A stretch of 32,000 nucleotides of DNA, taken from contig NZ_LN831039.1 in NCBI RefSeq assembly GCF_001457595.1, forward strand, positions 4,380,001-4,412,000. The letters run 5' to 3'. Under the pieces are notes generated by a model, which saw only the letters and a program-made list of their open reading frames with translations, was not told where the DNA came from and ran no database searches. Shown piece by piece: positions 9,193-17,915 of this stretch; positions within the stretch are counted from its first letter, which is position 1; every line of letters begins with the position of its first letter. Origin of the DNA: Mycolicibacterium smegmatis (lineage in GTDB: Bacteria > Actinomycetota > Actinomycetes > Mycobacteriales > Mycobacteriaceae). A program made the translations under genes and the position numbers.

Positions 9193-9870
9193 CTAGCGGG
9201 CGGCCCGCCCGGGCGGTCGCACACCGAGCCGTGACGCGGTTGCGGCGGCGAGTTCGGCAAAGTCCCCGTCGAAGCCGAGCACGCGCAGCGCACCCTCTCC
9301 GATCACCCAGGGTTGTTCGGGAGGGACGTCGGCGTCGTCGGAGCGTGAGTTGATCACCGACTCCACGAGCCGGAACGGCAGATCGTCGGCCTCGGGCGGT
9401 CCGCCGCACTCGGCGATGACCGCAGCGGCCAGGCTGCGGTATGCGCTGCGCAGTTCGGCGCGGCGGCGGCGGAACGGCGCGAACCGGTCGGTGCGCAACT
9501 CGGGCAGCAGGTACAGCGCGCCCAGGTTCCAGCGGCCCGCGCACAGCTGTGAGGCGTCGTAGATCACCAGGGCATGCAGGCGCGGTGCCGCGGGACCCGA
9601 CTCCCCCAGCAGGCCGTGTGCGAGCTCAAGGGGCTCGTCGACGGTGCCCGCCAGCAGCGCGTCGAGGATGTCGTCCTTGGTGGCGAAGTGGTGGTACAGC
9701 GAGGCCTGCCGCACCCCCACCTCGTCGGCGATGCGGCGCGTGGAGGTGCTGCCGTACCCGTGGGTGGTGAACAGTTCGGCGGCCGCGTCGAGGATCTCCT
9801 CGCGCGCGGTCTGCCCCGGCCTCCGCGGCTGCTCCAGCCGCGGGCGGCCACGGCCGGAGGTGGTCGTCAT
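9193..9870 (-). CDS. TetR/AcrR-family transcriptional regulator (225 aa)
   Basis: The ATG at 9870 gives MTTTSGRGRPRLEQPRRPGQTAREEILDAAAELFTTHGYGSTSTRRIADEVGVRQASLYHHF, the TetR N-terminal HTH. It starts 7 nt after the FAAL stop. Confidence 0.85.
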   Translation of the reverse strand: MTTTSGRGRPRLEQPRRPGQTAREEILDAAAELFTTHGYGSTSTRRIADEVGVRQASLYHHFATKDDILDALLAGTVDEPLELAHGLLGESGPAAPRLHALVIYDASQLCAGRWNLGALYLLPELRTDRFAPFRRRRAELRSAYRSLAAAVIAECGGPPEADDLPFRLVESVINSRSDDADVPPEQPWVIGEGALRVLGFDGDFAELAAATASRLGVRPPGRAAR

Positions 9871-9877
9871 GCCCGGA

Positions 9878-11704
9878 TCAGGACGTCTGGAGTTCGGCCA
9901 GGTACTGCGCCTGGCAGGCACGGCGCGCCAGCTTGCCGCTGGTGGTACGTGGAATCGAGCCTGCCGCAACGAGTTTGATGTCGTGCACGGCAACCGCGTG
10001 GCGCTTCGAGATGGCCGCGCGGATGGCATCGACGATGGGTGCCGGGTCGGCCCGGCCCGCGCCGGGCGCGCGTTCGGCGACGATCACCAGACGTTCGCCG
10101 TGCTCGGACGGCACCGAGAACGCCGCGATGTAGCCGGCCCGCACCTGTGACGACGCCTCGGCGACCGTGGCCTCCAGGTCCTGCGGATAGTGGTTGCGGC
10201 CGTCGACGATCACCATGTCCTTGATGCGGCCGGTGATGTAGAGCTCGCCGCCCAGGTACATGCCGAGGTCGCCCGTGCGGAACCACGCGGCGCCGTCCGG
10301 CGCACCCGCGGCGTGGCTGCCCTGCGGCAGGCGCGACTGCAGCTTGTTGTGGAACGACACCTCGGTCTCGTGCGGGCGGCCCCAATAGCCCTTGCCGACG
10401 TTGTCGCCGTAGAGCCAGATCTCGCCGACGTGACCGTCGGGCAGTTCGGCGCCGGTGTCGCTGTTGGGGTCGACGATCACGGCCCACTGGCTGCGCGCGA
10501 TCTTGCCGCAGGACACCTGCGCGATGGCGCGCGGATCGTCCTCGGGCACCTCGACGGCGCGTCCCGCGCCGAGTTCCTCACGGTCGAGGTACACCGCGCT
10601 CGGATGCGCCGCGGGTCCGATGGTCGACACGAACAGCGTCGCCTCGGCCATGCCGTAGGACGGCTTGACCGCGGTCGGCGGCAGCCCGTACGGCGCGAAT
10701 GCCTCGTTGAACACGTTGATGGAGGCCATGCTGACGGGCTCGGACCCGTTGATCAGGCCCGCGACGTTGCTCAGGTCGAGTTCGTCTCCGGCCGGCGGCA
10801 GGCCGCGGTGCGCGGCGAGTTCGTAGGCGAAGTTGGGCGCCGCGGCGAACGTGGGCACGTCCGACGCGCCGAGCTCCTTGATCCAGCGGTACGGGCGCCG
10901 CACGAACGACACCGGCGACATCAGCGTGATGTGGCCGCCGCACAGCGCCGGGAACATGATCATGAGCAGGCCCATGTCGTGGAACAGGGGCAGCCAGCTG
11001 ACGCTGCGGATGTTCCAGTCGAGTCCGACCGAGATGATCATCTGCAGCACGTTGGTACAGACGCCGCGGTGGGTGATCTCGACGCCGGCCGGGGTGCGGG
11101 TGGATCCCGAGGTGTACTGCAGATAGGCGATGCCGTCGGTGTGCAGCTGCGCGGGGGTGAAGGTCGCGCCGACCGCGGCGGGGACCGCGTCGACGGCGAT
11201 CATGCGGGGGCGCCCGGCGTGGGGCAGCTTGCGGACGAACGCGCCGACGGCCTCGGCGGCGGCGGTCGTGGTGAGCACGACCGAGGGGGTCGCGTCGGCC
11301 AGTACCGCCTCGAGACGCTCGGCGTGGCCGGGCAGTTCGGGTGAGAAGAGCGGGACCGCGATGGCACCGGCCTGGATGGCGGCGAAGAAGGACACCACGT
11401 AGTCGACGCCCTGCGGGCACAGGATCGCGACGCGGTCGCCGAGCTTGGTCACCTGCTGCAGCCGCGCGCCGACCGCGCGCACGCGGGTGTCCAACTCCTT
11501 CCAGGTGAGCTCGACGACCCTCCCGTCGTGCTCGAAGTCGAGATACCGATAGGCCGGCGTATCGGCGAGCTCGGCGACGTTACGGTCGAAGTAAGACGTC
11601 AACGTCACCCCGTCTGGGATGGCGATGTTGCCGTCCGCATCGAGGTAATCCTCGATCTTCATGCGTACCGAAGCGTCACGCGCCCCCATGACTTCAGAAC
11701 CCAT
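9878..11704 (-). CDS. Fatty acyl-AMP ligase (FAAL), FadD32-like adenylating enzyme (608 aa)
   Basis: The sequence is colinear with remembered FadD32. Shared motifs are AYRYLDF, ILCPQGVDYVVSFFAA, IAYLQYTSGSTRTPAGVEITH (the FAAL-type A3 motif, not the FACL TSGTTGxPKG), WLPLFHDMGL, YGMAEATLFVS, ITGRIKDMVIVDGRNHYPQDLE and IPRTTSGKLARRAC. The start could also be the ATG at 11689. Confidence 0.9.
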   Translation of the reverse strand: MGSEVMGARDASVRMKIEDYLDADGNIAIPDGVTLTSYFDRNVAELADTPAYRYLDFEHDGRVVELTWKELDTRVRAVGARLQQVTKLGDRVAILCPQGVDYVVSFFAAIQAGAIAVPLFSPELPGHAERLEAVLADATPSVVLTTTAAAEAVGAFVRKLPHAGRPRMIAVDAVPAAVGATFTPAQLHTDGIAYLQYTSGSTRTPAGVEITHRGVCTNVLQMIISVGLDWNIRSVSWLPLFHDMGLLMIMFPALCGGHITLMSPVSFVRRPYRWIKELGASDVPTFAAAPNFAYELAAHRGLPPAGDELDLSNVAGLINGSEPVSMASINVFNEAFAPYGLPPTAVKPSYGMAEATLFVSTIGPAAHPSAVYLDREELGAGRAVEVPEDDPRAIAQVSCGKIARSQWAVIVDPNSDTGAELPDGHVGEIWLYGDNVGKGYWGRPHETEVSFHNKLQSRLPQGSHAAGAPDGAAWFRTGDLGMYLGGELYITGRIKDMVIVDGRNHYPQDLEATVAEASSQVRAGYIAAFSVPSEHGERLVIVAERAPGAGRADPAPIVDAIRAAISKRHAVAVHDIKLVAAGSIPRTTSGKLARRACQAQYLAELQTS

Positions 11705-11860
11705 GCTGCAACTCTAAGAGATTTCCTCAGACTCTAGTGCAAACCGGGGGTGCGCGGCGGAAAGTCTTTACCTCCCCGTGACCCGGCGACCGCACTGAGC
11801 GAAGGCCGAAATGTGGCACGCTGAGGCCGATCGACGTTCCGCTGCCGGTGCCCGACGAAG

Positions 11861-13393
11861 GTGAAGATGGTTCCCATTAAGCCGAAAACTGCCAGGTACA
11901 CCGAGGTCGAGCGAAAGTTCGAGGTGACCGCGGCCACAGTCTCGCCCTCATTCGAGGGATTGTCGGCGATCGCGCGGATCGAGCGGATTCCGTCACAGGA
12001 ACTCGACGCTGTCTATTTCGACACATCCGCGCGCGCCCTCGCGGCGCGTCGCGTTACGCTGCGCCGCCGCACGGGCGGAACCGACGCCGGATGGCACCTG
12101 AAGCTGCCCGCCGGACCGGATGCGCGCACCGAGGTGCGAGCGCCCCTCGACAACGCGACCGACGGGGTCCCCGACGACCTCCGCGACATCGTCCTCGGGA
12201 TCGTGCGTGAGAGGCCCTTGGAGCCGGTCGCCCGCATCACCACGCACCGCACCGTCAGCGTGCTCTACGCGCACAACGGAGCCGTGCTGGCCGAGTTCTG
12301 CGACGACCATGTCACCGCGTCGGCCACGGGCCACGAGGACCACGCACAGCAGTGGCGCGAATGGGAGCTCGAGCTCGCACCCGGCGCCGACGCTGAACTG
12401 CTCGACCGCCTGACCAACCGGCTGCTCGACGCCGGGGCCCAGCCCGCCGGGCACGGCTCGAAACTCGCGCGGGCCCTCGCTTCGGCCCCGGGCGCCCCGA
12501 GCGACACACCGGAACCCGCCCAACCCACAGACGCGCTGCACCGCGCGATCGCCGAACACCTCGACGAACTGCTGGTGTGGGACCGCGCGGTGCGCGCCGA
12601 CGCCGAGGACTCGGTGCATCAGATGCGCGTGACGACGCGCAAGATCCGCAGCCTGCTCAAGGAGTCCGGGGACGCCTTCGGCGATGTCGGGCCGATCCTC
12701 GACGAGCTGCGCGAGCTGGGCACCGTGCTGGGCGTGGCCCGCGACGCCGAGGTGCTCGCGGAACGCTACGAGCACGCCCTGGCCGATTTGCCCGACGAAC
12801 TGGTGCGCGGGCCGGTGGCCGAGCGTCTCGTCGGCGGCGCGCGGCAACGCTACGAATCAGGTCTGCGCCGCATCCACCTCGCGATGCGCTCGCAACGTTA
12901 CTTCCGGTTGCTCGACGCGCTGGAGGGCCTGGTCGCATCGTCGACGGACACCGACACCGGCGATCCGGCGGCCACGGTCGCAGCGGCCTACAAGCGGGTG
13001 CGCAAGGCCGTCAAGAAGGCCCAGCACACCGACCACACGACCGACCCGGACGCCGGAACCGACGCCGGGACCGACGCCGTGGCGGCCCGCAACCACGCCC
13101 TGCACCGGATCCGCAAGCGCGCCAAGCAGCTTCGCTACACCGCGAGCGCGGCCGGCGAGGACCGCATCGCCGAGCGGGCCAAGGCCGTGCAGTCGCTGCT
13201 CGGTGACCACCAGGACGCCGTGGTCAGCATGGCGCACCTGCTCGACCAGGCCGACGCCGCGCACGCCGCGGGTGAGGACACGTTCACCTACGGCCTGCTG
13301 TACCAGCAGGAGGACGAACTGGCGTGGCAGGCCCGCACGCAACTGCAGAAGGTTCTCAAGAAGCTCAAGAGGGCGGTCCGCAAGGACCTGTGA
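11861..13393 (+). CDS. CYTH (triphosphate tunnel) + CHAD domain protein, Rv2226-like (510 aa)
   Basis: The N-terminal EVERKFEV (ExExK CYTH signature) is followed by helical CHAD repeats (HQMRVTTRKIRSLLK, ALHRIRKRAKQLRYT). The start is the GTG at 11861 or the ATG at 11867, which follows GAAGGTG. Confidence 0.85.
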   Translation: MKMVPIKPKTARYTEVERKFEVTAATVSPSFEGLSAIARIERIPSQELDAVYFDTSARALAARRVTLRRRTGGTDAGWHLKLPAGPDARTEVRAPLDNATDGVPDDLRDIVLGIVRERPLEPVARITTHRTVSVLYAHNGAVLAEFCDDHVTASATGHEDHAQQWREWELELAPGADAELLDRLTNRLLDAGAQPAGHGSKLARALASAPGAPSDTPEPAQPTDALHRAIAEHLDELLVWDRAVRADAEDSVHQMRVTTRKIRSLLKESGDAFGDVGPILDELRELGTVLGVARDAEVLAERYEHALADLPDELVRGPVAERLVGGARQRYESGLRRIHLAMRSQRYFRLLDALEGLVASSTDTDTGDPAATVAAAYKRVRKAVKKAQHTDHTTDPDAGTDAGTDAVAARNHALHRIRKRAKQLRYTASAAGEDRIAERAKAVQSLLGDHQDAVVSMAHLLDQADAAHAAGEDTFTYGLLYQQEDELAWQARTQLQKVLKKLKRAVRKDL

Positions 13394-13399
13394 GCGGTG

Positions 13400-13797
<398 letters not shown>

Positions 13798-13890
13798 AGA
13801 TCACCGTACCCTCAAATCCATGCCGCAGGTGCCACCGGCCCGATATTCGCTCAGGGCGGAGGACCGCACCGAGGCCCTGTCGGCCTGAGG

Positions 13891-15447
13891 TCAGCTCGTG
13901 CGGCGCAGCACCATGACGTTGTCGACCATCGGCATGGGTTGCCCGTCCGGGCCGGTCGCCTCGCGGTGCACGGCCTCGACGCGGACCCGTTCCCACTCGG
14001 AGGCAGGCAGATCGAGGCCGGCGAGCACTTCCTCGGCGCTCGGGAACGGGTGATCGTGCGGCACCCGTGTCGCGTTGGGCGGCATCTTGCCGTGGTCGAC
14101 GATCACCAAGTGCCCGCCGGGCCGGATCGCCCGCGCCGCGGTCGACAGGATCCGCGGCCGTTCCAGCCGCACCGTCGAGTGCAGGAATTGCGCTGACACC
14201 AGGTCGAACTCACCGTCCGGGAAGCTCTCCGACAGGTCGTGGCGCTCGAATGTGATGCGGTCGGCGACGCCGCGCCGCCCGGCTTCGGCGGCCGCGCGTG
14301 ACAGTGCGGTGTGGGAGATGTCGACGGCGGTCACCCGCCAGCCCCGTTCGGCCAGCCAGACGGCGTCCCCGCCTTCTCCGCAGCCGAGATCCAGTGCGTG
14401 CCCGGCGGGGAGATCGGAGGCGACCTTCTCCAGTTGCGGGTTGACCCGCCCGCTCCAGATCTGTTCGCGCTCACCGTAGTGACGTTCCCAGTACTCGGCC
14501 GGCGAGAGACCTTCGGTGGGCCACGGCGGGGTGGGCAGGCCGATGTCCTCGGCGAGCAGGTGCTGCACGATGGCGGCCGCGGTCTGGCTGCCCGCCGCGA
14601 CCGCCGTGGCCACCTGCGGCAGGTTGCCGGTGAGGTCGCCCGCGGCGAACAGGCCGGGCACCGTGGTGCGTCCGAACGTGTCGACGACGACGGCGTCGCC
14701 GGCCAGCGGTGTCGGCGCGCCGATCGCGCCGAGTTGCGCGGCCAGTGGTGAGCGCTGGTGCAGCGTGGTGGCGACCAGGGCGCCGCGACGCGACAGCCGC
14801 GTGCCGTCGGTGAACTCGACCGCAACCAGTTCACCGTCGTGGGCGACGAGCCGGGCGATCGACGCGTCGTTCACCGGAATTCCTGCCGCGCCGAGTTTTT
14901 CGGTCTGGGCGTCGTCGAGACCGTCGGGCCCGTTGGTGAGCACCACGATGTCGTCGGACCACGCGCGCAGCAGCAGCGCCGAGTGCACGGCGCGCTCGCC
15001 GCGGGCGATGACGGCCAACGGGGCGTCGCGCACCTCCCAGCCGTGGCAGAACGGGCAGTGGAAAACCGAACGGCCCCACAGTTCCCCGAGTCCCGGGATG
15101 TTCGGTGGCAGGTAGTCCATGCCGGCGGCCAGCAGCACGGTTCGGGCGTGCTCGTGGCCACCGTCGGCGAGGTCGAGCGCGAATCCGCGCCTACCCGCAA
15201 TGACCTCGCCGCGGCGCACCTGCACACTGGGGTACGCCGCGAGTTCGGCATGCCCGGCCGCGTAGAGGTCGGCAGGCGCCCGGCCGTCGCTTCCGAGCAG
15301 GCCGCCGATGCCGTGTGCGGGCAGGTTGCTCTGTTCACCGGCATCGACGAGCAGTACGCGCCTGCGTGCCCGGCCGAGCACGAGCGCCGCGCTCAGACCG
15401 GCCGCGCCGCCGCCGACGATGATGCTGTCCCATGGCTTGTTCTCCAT
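13891..15447 (-). CDS. Fusion protein: thioredoxin-reductase-like FAD oxidoreductase (N-terminal ~300 aa) + class I SAM-dependent methyltransferase (C-terminal ~200 aa)
   Basis: The ATG at 15447 gives MENKPWDSIIVGGGAAGLSAALVL, the FAD GxGxxG motif. A redox CxxC is present as HCPFCHGWE, and GLFAAGD is the FAD-binding C-terminal motif. The methyltransferase motif I is HALDLGCGEGGDAVWLAERGWRVTAVDIS, followed by FDLVSAQFLH. Confidence 0.8.
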   Translation of the reverse strand: MENKPWDSIIVGGGAAGLSAALVLGRARRRVLLVDAGEQSNLPAHGIGGLLGSDGRAPADLYAAGHAELAAYPSVQVRRGEVIAGRRGFALDLADGGHEHARTVLLAAGMDYLPPNIPGLGELWGRSVFHCPFCHGWEVRDAPLAVIARGERAVHSALLLRAWSDDIVVLTNGPDGLDDAQTEKLGAAGIPVNDASIARLVAHDGELVAVEFTDGTRLSRRGALVATTLHQRSPLAAQLGAIGAPTPLAGDAVVVDTFGRTTVPGLFAAGDLTGNLPQVATAVAAGSQTAAAIVQHLLAEDIGLPTPPWPTEGLSPAEYWERHYGEREQIWSGRVNPQLEKVASDLPAGHALDLGCGEGGDAVWLAERGWRVTAVDISHTALSRAAAEAGRRGVADRITFERHDLSESFPDGEFDLVSAQFLHSTVRLERPRILSTAARAIRPGGHLVIVDHGKMPPNATRVPHDHPFPSAEEVLAGLDLPASEWERVRVEAVHREATGPDGQPMPMVDNVMVLRRTS

Positions 15448-15483
15448 GACGCCCACCTTGCCGAGAGCATGACAAAATGCCAA

Positions 15484-15510
15484 GCTGTTTTGCCATGAAG
15501 GCAAAACAGC
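15484..15510. promoter_or_regulatory. Perfect 11-bp inverted repeat GCTGTTTTGCC-n5-GGCAAAACAGC straddling the XRE regulator ATG; candidate operator
   Basis: The arms lie at 15484-15494 and 15500-15510. The spacer ATGAA contains the ATG at 15495. A third related half-site, GACAAAATGCC, lies at 15471-15481. The whole divergent intergenic region is only 47 bp. Confidence 0.4.
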
Positions 15511-16091
15511 AGGTGGACGCGCCCGGTGCCGAGCACGACGTGGACGCCCTGGTCCGCCAGCGCCTGCGCGAACTGCGCACCGAGCGGGGTCTCACGCTGG
15601 AGGACGTCGCGTCCCGCGCGCAGATCGACGTGTCCACCCTGAGCCGCCTCGAATCGGGGAAGCGCCGCCTGGCGCTCGACCATCTGCCGCGGTTGGCCAC
15701 CGCGCTGTCGGTCACCACCGACGACCTGCTGCGGGCGCCCGAGGCCGAGGACCCCCGCGTGCGCGGCACCGCTACGACCCGCGACAACATCACATACTGG
15801 CCGCTCACGCGCCACGGCCCGGCAAACGGGCTGCACGCGTACAAGATCCGCATCAGCGAGCAGCGCAACACCCCGCCGGCCGAACTTCCCGTACACGAGG
15901 GCCGCGACTGGATGTACGTGCTGTCCGGGAAGCTACGGCTGATCCTCGGTGAACAGGATTTCACCGTCGGACCCGGTGAGGCCGTGGAGTTCTCGACGTG
16001 GACACCGCACTGGTTCGGCGTGGTCGACGGACCCGTCGAGGCCGTGACGATCTTCGGTCTGCACGGCGAGCAGGTGCACCTGCACTCGTGA
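15495..16091 (+). CDS. XRE-family HTH + C-terminal cupin domain transcriptional regulator
   Basis: The HTH_3-type sequence is LRELRTERGLTLEDVASRAQIDVSTLSRLESGKR. The C-terminal beta-rich part (HEGRDWMYVLSGKLRLILGEQDFTVGPGEAVEFSTWTPHWF) is cupin_2-like. Alternative starts are 15477 (longest) and the GTG at 15513. Confidence 0.8.
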   Translation: MKAKQQVDAPGAEHDVDALVRQRLRELRTERGLTLEDVASRAQIDVSTLSRLESGKRRLALDHLPRLATALSVTTDDLLRAPEAEDPRVRGTATTRDNITYWPLTRHGPANGLHAYKIRISEQRNTPPAELPVHEGRDWMYVLSGKLRLILGEQDFTVGPGEAVEFSTWTPHWFGVVDGPVEAVTIFGLHGEQVHLHS

Positions 16092-16092
16092 G

Positions 16093-17190
16093 CTACAGGT
16101 ACGCGGTCTGGTTCACCAACCGCACGGCCGAGCCACCGTCGGCGTAGAACTCGGCGATCGACAACGACGCCAGGTCCAGGTGCAGGCGGTAGAGAATCCC
16201 CTCGCCCGCGTCGAGCGCCAACCGCAGGATCGTCTTGATCGGCGTCACGTGCGAGACCACCAGCACCGTCGACGCGCCGTGCTCGGCGATGATGCGGTTG
16301 CGCGCGCGGCGCACGCGGTGCGCGACGGCGTCGAAGCTCTCGCCACCGGGCGGTTCGACGCTGGTGTCCCGCAGCCAGCGCCGGTGCACATCCGGATCCC
16401 GTTGCGCCGCTTCGGCGAACGTCAGCCCCTCCCAGGCACCGAAGTCGGTTTCGATCAGATCGTCGTCGACGGTGACGTCGAGACCCAGCGCCTTGGCGGC
16501 CGCGGCCGCGGTGTCATACGCACGCTGCAGAGGTGAGGTGACCACGGCCGAGATGCCGCCGCGCTCGCCCAGATACCGCGCAGCGGCGTCGGCCTGCCTG
16601 CGCCCCTCTTCGGTCAGCGCGGGGTTGCCCCGACCCGAGTAGCGCCGGTCGACCGACAACTCGGTCTGCCCGTGTCGCAGCAAAAACAGCCGTGTAGGCG
16701 CGCCGGTCACCCCGGACCAGCCCACCGAGTTCTTCGCGGGTGCAGGCGGGTCGTCAGACTCAGAAGCCTTGTCGGGCACGGCGATTCCCGCTGCGGCATC
16801 CATCGCCTCGTTGGCCAGCCGGTCGGCGTGGCTGTTGCGTTCCCGCGGAATCCACGTGTAGTCGACATGGTCGAAGCCCGCGGCCAGCGCGGCCGCGCGG
16901 CGCTGCAGTTCGATCAGGTCCGGATGCTTGACGCGCCACCGCCCGCACATCTGCTCGATGACCAGTTTGGAGTCCATCGACACCGCGACCTCGGTGGCGC
17001 CGGTCTCGGCGGCGGCCTCCAAACCCGCGATCAGACCCCGGTATTCGGCCACGTTGTTGGTGGCGCGGCCGATGGCCTCCTTGCGTTCGGCGAGCACCGT
17101 GGCGTGGTCGGCGTCGTACACCACCGCGCCGTAGCCGGCCGGTCCCGGGTTGCCGCGCGACCCGCCGTCGGCCTCGACGAGAACCTTCAC
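16093..17190 (-). CDS. rnhC: Bifunctional RNase HI / CobC-type histidine (acid) phosphatase, Rv2228c / M. smegmatis RnhC type (365 aa)
   Basis: The N-terminal RNase H motifs are VEADGGSRGNPGPAGYG...NNVAEYRGLI...RERNSHADRLAN. The C-terminal LFLLRHGQT is the RHG phosphoglycerate-mutase-like motif. The GTG at 17190 overlaps the upstream TGA (GTGA). Confidence 0.9.
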   Translation of the reverse strand: MKVLVEADGGSRGNPGPAGYGAVVYDADHATVLAERKEAIGRATNNVAEYRGLIAGLEAAAETGATEVAVSMDSKLVIEQMCGRWRVKHPDLIELQRRAAALAAGFDHVDYTWIPRERNSHADRLANEAMDAAAGIAVPDKASESDDPPAPAKNSVGWSGVTGAPTRLFLLRHGQTELSVDRRYSGRGNPALTEEGRRQADAAARYLGERGGISAVVTSPLQRAYDTAAAAAKALGLDVTVDDDLIETDFGAWEGLTFAEAAQRDPDVHRRWLRDTSVEPPGGESFDAVAHRVRRARNRIIAEHGASTVLVVSHVTPIKTILRLALDAGEGILYRLHLDLASLSIAEFYADGGSAVRLVNQTAYL

Positions 17191-17915
17191 TGCTTGACCC
17201 GCAACAGGATCGCGCCGCACTCGGGGCACCGCACCACGTCGTCGTCGGCCGCGGCGGTGATGCGCGCGATCTCACCGCGGTCGATCTCGATGCGGCACGC
17301 ACCGCAGCGCCTGCCCTGCAGCGGGCCTGCCCCGGCGCCGCCGCGGGCGCGTTGCTTCTCGTAGAGCTCGACGAGCTGATCGTCGATCGCGTTCACCAGC
17401 GCGTCACGTCGCGTGGCGCACTGGTGACGCGCCTGATCCAGCTCCACCAGCGCCGCGTCGCGGGCCTGCTGGGCCTCGGTCAGCTCCGTCTGCAGTTCGT
17501 CCACGCGGCGCAGTTCCTCGGACCGCTCGGCCATGAGCTCCTCGCGACGTTCCATCACCTCGAGCAGCTGCTCTTCCAGGCTCGCCTGGCGCCGCTGCAG
17601 GGTCTCCAGCTCGTGCTGGATCTCGGTGACCTGCTTGGCGCCCACCGAGCCGCCCTCGAGCAGCGCGCGGTCACGGTCCTCGCGCTGGCGCACCGAGTCG
17701 ATCTCGGACTCGTACTTGGCCACCTGCGCGTCCAGATCCTCCAGTGCGATCCCGAGCGCGGCCAGCCGGTCGTTGACCTCGCCGCGCTGCGCGGTGAGCT
17801 CGTCGAGACGCTTCTGTTCGGCCAAGTTCTTCCCGCGGTGCGCGATCCGCGCCAGCTCGGCATCGACCTCGCTCAGCGTCAGCAGCGAACGTTGTTGGCT
17901 TACTTCAGCTTTCAT
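17187..17915 (-). CDS. Coiled-coil protein with C-terminal C4 zinc ribbon, Rv2229c-like (242 aa)
   Basis: The ATG at 17915 gives [24 protein letters not shown], followed by a long heptad-rich helix. The zinc ribbon is CGACRIE...RCPECGAIL. It overlaps the Nif3 stop by 11 nt. Confidence 0.85.
   Translation of the reverse strand: MKAEVSQQRSLLTLSEVDAELARIAHRGKNLAEQKRLDELTAQRGEVNDRLAALGIALEDLDAQVAKYESEIDSVRQREDRDRALLEGGSVGAKQVTEIQHELETLQRRQASLEEQLLEVMERREELMAERSEELRRVDELQTELTEAQQARDAALVELDQARHQCATRRDALVNAIDDQLVELYEKQRARGGAGAGPLQGRRCGACRIEIDRGEIARITAAADDDVVRCPECGAILLRVKQ

Noticed and set aside
13030-13085. Short in-frame tandem repeat GACGCCGGnACC (DAGTDAGTDA) inside the CYTH/CHAD gene
   Set aside because: It is only about two and a half units long and lies in a low-complexity linker of a coding region. 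It is probably trivial slippage with no separate function.
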